A stretch of DNA of 64,000 nucleotides. It comes from Schmidtea polychroa. Taxonomy: Eukaryota. Under the pieces are notes generated by a model. It was not told the origin of the DNA and searched no databases. It worked only from the letters and a program-made list of their open reading frames with translations. Position 1 is the stretch's first letter. Each line of letters opens with the position of its first letter. The DNA is taken from the NCBI GenBank assembly GCA_044892525.1, contig CM097887.1, positions 50,406,001 through 50,470,000 on the forward strand, in the 5' to 3' direction. This document shows, in pieces, positions 38,701-50,700 of this stretch. Both the position numbers and the translations under genes were made by a program.

Positions 38701-41700
38701 TCAGGCTCCTTATACACCTTGACGTTTCTTGGTATTTTACAATTTGTTTCAATAGACATTTTTGATAATTTTCCCAATTTTGTTTTTGGGTGTAGCTGAA
38801 CCGGTTTTTTGCTGCCATTCGTTATATGGACTGGTACTATCTGATTTTCCACTTTGACAACTTCGTCACATATCGGTAAATCATATTTTTCGACTAGCGT
38901 TTGATTTGGTTCGAATATAAAATCACCATTATCCACACTCATGGTATTTGCACAATATACCATCTCCGATTGTGGTGGTATTGTCAATGTCTGATTCACA
39001 AACACTTCACCTGCCCTGTGAATTATTTCTCCTGTTTCTCCTGCTATCAAATTACCTGTCTTTAAATCAAGTGAGACTCCGTCCAGCTGCTCTAATATAT
39101 CCATGCCGATCAGACATCGTACTGGGCTTCCCTTCATTATGAGCGCATCGTGCGCTATTATTCGATCTCCAATATGGAATATGACGTTAAGTTGTCCAAT
39201 TATGTTTAATTCATTTTTTGATAATGACCTCACTATTTCGTCGGTAGGCTTTATTCGCATTTTCTCCTTCGCGTTTAATACATTTTCCGATATTATTGTG
39301 TGACTAGATCCCGAATCAACAAAAGCTTCCACTTTATGTTTGTTCATTTGTATAAATATTCGGGGTTGCTTTCCTCTTTTTGTTAATGTCATCATTGAGT
39401 AGTTGCATGGTAAGCCTAACATATTTTTTCTCTCGATCTCTGCGCTAGAAGGCTCGATTCTCTCTCCTACCATTCCTTCACATTGTAATGCGATGTTTTC
39501 CACTGGTTTCATCTCTCGTAATCGATCAACTGGATACACTGGTGCTGGTTGCATAAATGATTTTGGTATACACAGTTTTGTAAACGTGTCTACGCTACTC
39601 GCATTCAACAGTGGCTCTTTTAAGATTTGATAGGTTCTTAACGCTTCTTTATTCATTCCACTTAGTTCTTGATTGTCAACATATAACGGTGCACTATCAC
39701 CCTCGTTGTCATTGTCATTGTTCTCGTCCCTTGAAGGGGTTGTACTCGCGTAGCTCACCTTTTTCTTCTTTAATATTCGAGCCTTGAGTATCTCCAACTC
39801 CTGATATTGATGATGAGTAATGAAGAATCTAGCCAATAATGGTATGCACCCAATTACTAGTTTCCACGACCAACCTGTGATCGCGTATAATCTGTGTGTT
39901 GATAGGACCTGCGATATTATTACTTTAATTACAACACATATTACATAAATTCCAATCAGTCCGGCACACGCTTGTCCAATGAACATAAACTTTCCCCAGA
40001 TCTTTTTCATTGTATTATACGTCGCTTTCTTGTAATGATCTGGAGTTAATAAATACTCATAATTTACCTTCCCACTTCCGCTTGGGAGAATTGTATCTAC
40101 CATTTCCATTATTACTCTTTCTTTCTTTGATGGAAATAACAAGTTTCTGCGAGCTTCCTCAATGTCTTCGTTCGAGTAAATTCCACTTTGCGACAATTTT
40201 TCTAACGACGTAAAATTTACCAGATATTGTAATTCTGTCAATTCTAAGTTTTCCGGTGTCTTTACTTCTCGATGATCTGGTAATGCAATCCAAGATTCTG
40301 GTGTTAGTCTGTATAATGGTGCTAACAATCTATTGCACTGTAATACTTTCGGTTTCGCGTCCTCTTCCAGTAAGATTCGTGTTACAGGCTCCATAAATCG
40401 CAACTTTCCATTTAAATTCACTGGTAACTCGTTGGTGCATTGGTCATACTTTGTCAGTTTAACTGGTACCGCTTTACATTTATAGCTATATAGTGCTTCA
40501 CCGAAAATTCTGGCGAACACTCCATTTTCTGCAATTAACATTGGTGCTACCAAATTAGGATTGGTTATAGCCATTGTCATCCGATTTCGGAGTATTTCTT
40601 TGTTGAGATTGCAATCATTTATAATAACTTCTCGGTACACATTTTCAACAGTATTTTGACCAAAGTGAAATAAATAATCTATTTTGTTATTAAAGTAATT
40701 TGTCAACTTAATATCTCCGGCATGTATGTTTGTTTGGGCCTCTGTAATCATCTTCTGAGATACATATATACCTTTATAATTTGTCTCATAGACACTTTGT
40801 CCACACTTTGTTTTAGTTTCTTTTCTCAGGAATCGCATCCCATCTTCCTCCGAGGTTGACATTAACACTGTTGGAGTATCTTTCATCCGTAGAGGTGTGA
40901 TTCTTGTTGTTGTACTCGTTGCTGGATCCATTCTTATTTTCTCAGGCTTTTCCCTGATCTGTTCTCCCGTTATTTCTTTAAAACTCATTGACTTCAATTG
41001 CACTAAATTGCACTTTTTGGTATCGACATCGTACACCAAGATTGATTCTCCTGTCTGACAGCTAGATTGTTTCATGTTGCAGAATGGATGTGTTTGTAGT
41101 TTACCAGTATCATCATCAAATGATCCATCAAATTCTCTTAATTCTGACATGTACTCTTCCACAACCACGGCTTTGTCCATTATAGCATCGTCTACTTTGT
41201 ATGGCTCGCCTTGGCAATCACCATTCGACTTTATTATCCCTCGCACGGTTACAGTCTCACGGATTTTGTGGTTAAGCTTTGCTTGTAGTTTGAGATCTGC
41301 ATTGATTTTCAACTGTCCTGTTTGAAAGGCTGCCAAACAATTCTCTGGAATTATTTCTATCGGTCTCGGTATCGATTGCATTTTCACCATCGATGAGTGG
41401 CTCCATTTCCCACAAAAAAATACAAAAGTAGTTCGCTTCACTGTACACTCTCTCACCTTTGCTCGTCGAAACCCCGATTCTTGATATACATGATATTTTA
41501 CTGGATTTGTTACTTTAAATTTTACTGGATATGCATCCGAACACTCTGCTACGTTTACCAACGAATATACTCTTCCCATTTCGGTTTGGGAGCAGTCGTA
41601 TGCCACCAATGAATTCGTCGTGTTTATTATTCCCAATAACATAATAATAGAAATCATTAACCATGGAAATGCGAGTTTTCCCTTTTTCCTCACTGTCTCG

Positions 41701-44700
41701 GTTTTTGGGCTCTCAGCCTTTTGTATCAAATTTTCCCATCCGCCATTGTTTGCGATCCACCTAGCCAAATATTTATTCGTCATTTCCGTAGCTTTCTTTA
41801 TCAATGATTTTGAACTGTCATTTTCCAGACAACCATAAATACCAATCTCCAATATTATATAGGCTAACGCTGTCAATATTACATCTCGATCTAACTCAGT
41901 TCGTGTTAGGTCCTCAATCACTGCTTCCTCACAAAATTCCTTTTCTTCATAATTTCTTTTAATTATCGACGGTAATCTCCTCTTTAATTCCGTTGCCAAT
42001 CTTTTTACAACTCTTTCCTCCCCCTCCAAAGTATCATCTTCTGTTTCAGTTTCATCTAACAAGTACAATTCCGTAACTAAACTTTTTAACATTCGTTCAG
42101 TCTCGTTTGATTCATCTAAACGCTCAGTTTCGCTCGATTTATCTAAACTCAAGGATTCAATTTCCGCATCATTCTGTTTTTTCCGACATATCGCAATGTC
42201 ATTTTTCGTTTCAACGAAGTTCTCTTCGCTCTTCATCTCATCTATGCTCGGTAGTACCCTATTATCGGTGCTCATTTCCTCGATATCCCTTGCAACTTCA
42301 TTTTCCGATCCCATTTCCTCTTTTTCCATTGTTTCTAATCTCTGCAATTCATTAATTTCTTGATCAATTTCTCCTGGGTCATCTACAACTTCAGTTTTAA
42401 TCTCCACATTATTATTATCCATTTCCTCATATAGAGGCCAAAACGGTACTATTACCGCATCTCTTTCCATTTCATCCCTTTGTTTTGTTGCGTACACATT
42501 ATTAATACAATTTGGGTTACATCCGTAGTTTAATAAATATTCGTCATCATCCAATTCTCGTCCTTTGAACGTCAACACGATAATTCCTTCATTACCTAAT
42601 ATCTCCGCTGCTTTTTGTCGTATTTTCTTTGCTTTTACACTCCAATGTTCCTGATAATATTCAATCCTTTGATCCGCAATATTTAACGCTATTATCAAAG
42701 ACTTCGCACTATCGTCTGCCGCCTCATAATCATGTCCTAGTTTTCGGATTACCTCTTTTAGTTTTGCCTGATAACTCGTCGGTTTATTCGTATACGGTAC
42801 GATGCATTCAAACAACCCTTCTTTCATGTCTCGATCCATTTCGATGCTCATTATGAAGTCGATACTCGCATTAATTTTATCTCTATTCCCTGCATACAGG
42901 GTATCTTGTAAATCTGCTAGAATCTTTTCCCAATTTTGTCTGTCTGAATTCAAAGTATTAACAGCATTAATAACATTTACTTTATTTTTCCAGCCTGGTA
43001 TCAGACCGCAATCTACTAAGTACTCTTCGTCTTCCAGACATCGATTTTCGAATTTTAATTGCACTTGCCATCCACTGTATTGACGCAGGATTCGCTCCTT
43101 TAACTCTCTGATTTGTCCGTAGGCATTTACACGGAATTGGCACTTCACATTATCAAGTCCCGTCGTTTCCACTATGATATCAGCTAAATCCCTTGTTGAC
43201 CGTAAAGCCTTGCCAAACTTTTGCATTTGTTTAAGTATCTCATCGTCTCTGTTTCCTTTGAATAACTTTGCACATAAATTTATGGCTCTCTTTAGTTCGC
43301 TTTGGGTTAGTGACATCACACTGAGTTCTGCGATCCATCGTTTCAACTGGGAGTTGTCAGTTTCCATTTTCTCAAGCCATTTTTCAACTCGGGCTAACAG
43401 TGCAGTTGGATTCTCATCTGAAGCGATCTTTCGCACTTTCGTGGCAGGTTTTCCCTCACCTTCTGACACGGTTCCAATTATCATATGAGATTCAGTTTCC
43501 TCATCTGATTCAAATTTCGCCACTAGTTTGTTTAGCTTCTGTCGCATTTCTCGAAATTCCTTTTCCATTTTGTCTTGAAATTCCTCTCTCTGAGCATATG
43601 TCATATTACTAGTGTTTGGCATATCTTCTTGGAATCTGATTGATTTCTTTAAAATAGGTCTGCTGAATCTTTCTGAGTTCCTTGGGCATGATCGCGCCAT
43701 GTGGCCGTATCCCTTGCACGAATGACATTGGATCTGTCCATTTGTATTCACTTTGTCCCTTTGTGGTGAAGGTGGCGTTGACGATGACCTTGATCTGGTA
43801 AAACAGTTTCTGCTAATATGCCCTTTCTTTCCGCATCGATAGCATTCGACATCACTGCTGATCCGTTTGTTTTCTGTGAATCTCTTGTTAGGGCTGGGAT
43901 TTTTCCCATATTTGAACCAACATTGATTTGAGTAGTGTCCAGACTTTTTGCAATGTTCGCATTGAGGATTATTTACCTGTCCATTTGATTGTACGTTCAT
44001 GGCTGATCTACTGGCTTGAAATCTATTATTTGGTCTCAAAATTGGACTACTGATCTGATTTATTTTCTTTTCATCCCATGGTGCTCTCACAGGCGTAATT
44101 GATCGCTCACGTCTCTCCACATTAACTCCAAAAGCATCTGATCTTTTTGCACTTTTTAAATTCAGCTCTATCTTCATGGCTTTCTTCACGAGCTCATCAA
44201 AATTGGAAAAATCCACATAACATAGGGCTTTTTTGATTTCGGAGTGGACTCCGGTTATAAACTGATCTTCTAATAGCTCTTTAACCTGCTTGGCCATTTC
44301 TGCTTGGTCTGGTTTAACTTCAAAGGCTTTATCTGCTAAAGTGGTCAGATGATAAGCAAACCTTGAACTCGATTATAAAATTTCTGTCGCATGATTCTTT
44401 TGATATCTCCACCAACCAGTTTCAGTGCCATTGCATCCTTCAATTTTGTCCAATCATTGCCAACATTTCGTTTGTCGACTTGCTGCCAGGCTTCTCTTGC
44501 CGCACCCTTCAAATAGAGTGGGAATCTCTGAACCATAATGGCTTGTGTCCATCCGTATGCTGAGGCGTACATATAATAATCTCCCATGAAATCTGCAAAT
44601 TCAACAGGGTCTCCTCCATATTGATTGACGGGTAATTTCTGGCAACTTGCGAAATCAATCATCTCTCTATTGAGAGGCATGACAGCATTATCATTTGCCA

Positions 44701-47700
44701 TTTGGACTTGTTTCTGACTTCTGAGGTTGTATCGGTTCACTTTGAGCTAAACTTCAAACGTTAAACAATAATTTAAAATTATTTTTCAACTTCTTTTAAA
44801 TCTCCCAATAATAGCCTTTTATAATCTCGTTAACACTATTTTCAAACTTCTAAGCCGACTTTCACTCGCGTCAGTACTAATTCTTTTTATAATTCCTTTT
44901 TCACTAGCTTTCAATAATTTCCCTCCGACTTTCAATCACGTCGGTACTATTTTTTTCAACAATTAATTTTTTCACTAACTTTCAATAATTTTCCGCCGAC
45001 TTGCGATCACGTCGGGCTCACCAGAATATATGTTGGGTTTTGGATTACTTCAAGTCGGTTCTCTCTGACTCCTGGTGTTCTTTAAATTAAAACAATGAAC
45101 GACCCAACGTATATTGAAACAACAGGTTCACAATTTATTATCACTCTACAATTACCAATCAAAGTTTTACACGATTCTCTGCTCGGCGTTGATGCTTTGC
45201 AAACAAACAATATTCACCTTTTGATCCTTTAGTTCTGTTGACTCTCGTTTTCCTCGGTTTCGGTTTGGTTTGATCTCTTTTCTCCTTTCCGTATTCTTAA
45301 TTCTATTTCTTCTTTTCCCTACTTCCCTAATTCGTTTACCACTTTTCCTACAGTCTAATTCTTCGAACCCTAGCTGAGGCAAAATGCCGATTTTCTCTGA
45401 TTTTCCCTTTGCTTATATACTCCTCGAAATCAGGATGACAAATGGTTATTGCCGAGCCAATCTTTCGTTTGACATTTTCTCCTACGTGTTTGCTTCGGCT
45501 GTCATCCATAATGGTCCAACGAATCCAGATAATTAATGGCCCTACCGGTCTTCCTACGCGCGTTATCTTCTCCTTACTCTTTTCCCATTAATCATTGTGT
45601 CAAACTAATGGGCCCAAATCTTCCTTTTGTTTGCCTTTCTTCTTGTTTACCCAGCTCGGGTTTCCTTTATCTCTCGGGTTCTCCATTGGCTCGGGTTTCC
45701 CATTAGCTCGGGTTTTCCATTAGCCAACTAATTAATTAATTAACGTTTTCTGTTTTCATACGTTTGAATGTTTTTCGACCCTTCCTAACCCTTTTCTGAT
45801 AAATCCCTAACCATCATCTTGTTGACCATTAGCTAATCTATACCTGTCCCGTTTTTCCCATTCGATTTCGATGATTTTTCCATTTATTGATTTTTCTCGG
45901 ATTTCCGGATTCTTGCCTTTCGTAATTGCTTTTTGCCTTTTCTAATACTGTTTCCATCACACTTTCCTTTACTATTGATTCTGTGCACGATCCCGCTTTT
46001 ATTTGCCTTTTTTCCTCGCTTACTTTCCATTTGAATTATTATCCTAATTTTTATTTAACTTTTTAATTTTAATTTACAGACCTCAACAAAGTAAAATAGA
46101 CTTGAGAACTAGTCGCTTGTCAGAATGCGCGGTGGCTAGCTCAAGGCACAATTCGTTCGATCGGTAATGTGTTAAATGTTAAACAAGTAATTGATAAAAT
46201 AAGATTTCGATGCGGAATATATATTAAATTGAATTTTCTCATTTAATTTAATATTAATTCTGCAGTGAAAGCTTATTTTATCATTTACTTGTTTAAAAAT
46301 AATAGTTATAATTATTATTAAACTTATTATTAATTATTTACTTACAAGGCCCATGAACCCATTCGCTTCATCATTTTTGAACATTTCTTGTTGAACTTTA
46401 ATTGCAAATCTTTGTGCCTCTTCTGTCCTAAAAAACCAATTAAAAATCTCAAAGTAAACAAAATTTAGTTAAAAAGAAAATATAATCAAAATTTATTATT
46501 AAAAATAAGCAAGACTAAATTTGACATTTAACGCTAACCTCTTGATTTTTTTAAAGAAAAATAGTTTGAATTTATATTTTGGATTTTTAGATAGTGATAA
46601 AACAAGGGAAATCTGCTTGCATTCCTAACTTAGATGGTCACAAAACAATGACATTATCATTGGTCATTAAATTTATTTTATTTTCTAATTCTTATTGTTA
46701 AATTAGATTTGACTAATATTAAAGAGAAATTGCTTTTAAAGTATAATACTACCCGAATAAAGAATTCTACTATCAATTTTACCCAATACTTACAATACTT
46801 ATCCCGGCAATACGAGGAGTTTCAGTTACGAATTGAACAAATTGTGTAAAATTATTTATTCTAGATGGCCATTCCCAACCCAAATAGTATATTTTGCATT
46901 AGAATCTCTTTTATGCTTAAAGTATAATTGGAATCATCACCTTATACTTTAGTAAATATAGTTATAGATAACAATTATATTTGAATTATATGACCAATAT
47001 AAACAGCTATCAAACTATCAATTGTGACCGTCACTGACATTATTGTCACTTGGTTATATTAACTGATTCCGGATTATTATTATCATTAAAACAACAAATA
47101 AAAAATTCTCTTTATTTACAAAATTAATAAAGCATTGGCAAAAATTTGAGACGAAAATAAAACCAAAATTATAGTGAAAACTTTTTATGTAGAAAAAATT
47201 TAATTAACTAAAATTTATATTATTTTAACCTTCGCGGAACATTAATGAATAAATAAAAATATACAAGTAATGAAAATTAAAAATGTTTGGAATCAAAGAA
47301 AAAATACAATAAATGATTTTTACACAAAATTTAAGACTGTAGGGTTCTGTGATTTGACAGCTTCTTCATATACGATGCCTCTTCTAATGGTACACTAGTT
47401 TAGAACTTATATAGATCTTATTTGATTCGAATGTCATTACAATATTTAGTTGTGTTTAAACCGATGTTGAGATACAATAATGGGTTTTTGAAACTTATTT
47501 TGTAATATGTGGCCACAGCTGTAATATTTTATGTATAATAGTAATGAAGTGATCAGGTTCTCGGATCTGGCAGTAATATGATTGTGTTCAATCCCCAATG
47601 GTACCATATCTGTTACATAATAGTGATGAAAAACAAATAAACTTAGTAGGTAGATATAGTGGCCTACGGCAGCAATAGGGGGGGGGGGGGGTGGGTCAAA

Positions 47701-50700
47701 AATGTTGCAATTTTTGATTACATAATTGTTGCCGTAGACGTTTTTCTGCTTTTTGATTACATAATTGATGCCGTAATGCCCAATTTTTTTTGTGGGATTT
47801 TCAATACAAAAAACTTTTTCAATAAAAAAGCCAAGGATAAGTCAGTATTATTTGGGTCCTGAAAATTTCAAAAGAAAAGGTGGTCTACACTAAAAAAGCG
47901 TGGTAAATTTTTAAATTTCAGTAATTTATGGGCTAAGATTTTTGAATTAAAGTAAATTATGGTCTAAGATTTAAATTTAAGTAGTCAATGGGTTCAAATT
48001 TTACAATTAAAGTTAATTATGGTCAAAATTTAAAAATTAAGTAATCTATGGTCAATAATTTTAATTTAAAGTTAAATAAGTAATCATTTTTAAATAATTA
48101 AAGTAAGATTTTAAAATTTATTAACAAAAAGTTGGAATAATAGTCAGTGATTGAGAATTAAAATTTTTTATTGAAAATTTTTATGAATTAATTTTTTTAA
48201 GTTAATTTTTAATAGAAATTTTTATAGATTAATTTTTAATGAAATTTTTAATGGAATAATTTTTAAAGTCAACTTTTAATGAAATATTAATAGTAATAAT
48301 GATAGTAATAATAATAGTAATAGTAATAATAACAGTAATAATAATAATAATATTTCAACCAAATATACAACACATAAAAATTAACTAAACATATAAAAAT
48401 AACTAGACACATAACCAAACACAAAACTAAACACATAAAAAGAACAAAAGTAAAGATATTAAATTTTTATTTAATACAATTAATCTTCATCTGATAAAAT
48501 AACGTCATCAATATCAATATCATCTTCTCCAACATCTTCTCCATCAACTTCTTCATCAATTTCTTCATCTACTTCTCCAACATTTAATTGACTTAATCTT
48601 ACATGCCCATATGCTAAACTAGTATTTTCCCCACCCAAACCCTTTTGTCATCTGCGTTAGTTAGTGCTATTTTAGTATTTTTAATTGTATAAATTTGATG
48701 GTTTTTACTTGTTATTTTTGTTTGAGGAATCGAAAAAATTTGATTAGTGTTATAACAATCCAGATATGACTGATGTTTTATGTCACTACCTTTCAATGTT
48801 ACACCTTTAGCCTTTTTTGTTTCCTCATCACCCAACAAACTATAACACTTAGGTCTAAGAAAAACCCATTCCTTATATTTAAGACCTTTATTCTCGTCTT
48901 TGAACTTTCCAATGACAGAATCAAGGTTCTTACTATATAAGGAATGACAACTATCGTAATTGGAAGTATCTAATAAATTATCGCAGATCATTGCAGGTAA
49001 AAGAACCTCAAGTTTACAGTTAATAACTTCCAGGAAAAAGAGTCTGTATCACTTGCAACGATATTAATTTTACATCTTAACTCATTGCGATATCTTTCTA
49101 AATCTTTATATTGTAATTCATACATTCTAAGTTTAGATAGATCAAGTACAGACTGACCAATGTAACTTGGTCTATCTAAACATATAGAATCTGGATTTAA
49201 TAAAGCGGCAATTAAATTATCGTCGATTTTAATGGATTTTTTAAAAGAAGGTTTTGAAGAATATTTAACTAATTTACCGTCGGTTGTACAAAGACGAAGA
49301 TTCATTCTTCTCTTTAAATTTTCAACTGTTTACCATATAAACTGTTATTTAACAATTTGTAATAATTTTTGTCTAAACTATTTATGCTTTTTTCTCTTAA
49401 TTCAGTATCAAACGAAATTGTTGAAAGAAATCAGCCAAAAGAAAACAATCAAGTTTTAAGTATATCATCATGTAGTCTAATAAAGTTATGTAGTTAGTTT
49501 CAACCCAAATCTCCTGAGCTTTTTCATACTCGAGTTCAGTGACACCTTCCCAGATCGGTGGTAATTCATAAGTAGTTTGGAGAATATCTAAAGATGTAGC
49601 GAAATTGTAAGGAAAGATTACTTTTTCAGAAACTATAGTGCCAGTAAAAACAGAATTGGTTAAAGGTAAAATATTCAAAGTTTTGACGGCTTTAGCTAAA
49701 GAATCATTAACAAATTGATAAGAATCAATGAATCTCTAGCTAATTTTTCCTAAATGTGCAATCAACGAAATAAATTTTTCAGTTGTGATTGGGATACAGC
49801 CTAAAGTTCAATTCTTGAATTTATTTAAACCATATTTAAGTATATGGTGCATATCGTATCCTTTTAAGTTGTGAAATACGATAGGTAAAATTTTATTAAT
49901 TTTCCTATTTATGTTGCCTGTGCTACAAGCAGCACCCAAGTATTTCCCAGTAAAATGATCGTGATTTCTAACAGGATCGACGATACATTTCATGCAAAGG
50001 TAACAAAGAGATGCACTATCAAATTGTCGTTGTTCAACATTAGTTAATTTCACCATAGGTTTCCTACCCATTTTATAATAAAAAAGAACTTTATTTAATG
50101 CTATATCCTCTATAGTACTTAAAAAACTTTCGACACAATCTAAACCTATAAACTGCTGATAAGATTTAGATCCGTCGAAGTTATTAACAAGTTAAAGACC
50201 AGCAGATATTGGCATGTGTTATTGGAAGTGAATATTGTCGGAAGGTAAAATAGCCTCAAAATCGGCATAAACTACAAAAGGAGGAGTTACTGTTTTCGAC
50301 CAGTCAGTAAACTGTAATAATTTATTTTGAGGGAATGTGTAAAGCGTCGTTCCTAACTGATTTCTTTTACACAATACTTCATGTTTGTCCAGCGCATGTT
50401 TACATCTAAAGCGTTCAAACACCACTGGCACCAAAATAATCGTATTCGTGCAGGACAGCTAGTGTTTAAGTGGCAATTCATTAACCTATTTAAGTTGCTT
50501 ATAGCAACGTAATGGAAATTGTTTCCTTTATTTAATAATAATAAATTAATTATAGTTCCATTTAAAACTTTGGAACGATGTATGATATTCAAATCCGAAT
50601 GTTTTAATACATAATTGTCGGTTAATTGTCTAGTATTGTCATAAGTAAAAACATTAATTATTAAACCTGGATTTTTGGCTTCAAATTTCCTAATATCTTT

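Larger units (their letters stand above)
25928..46088 (-). mobile_element. Full-length Ty3/Gypsy LTR retroelement carrying an envelope-like glycoprotein and accessory domains; interrupted by a hAT
   Basis: Two 1058-bp TG...CA LTRs, 4-bp TSD AAGT (25924-25927 and 46089-46092), PBS, PPT, and PR-RT-RH-IN order. Confidence 0.97.
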
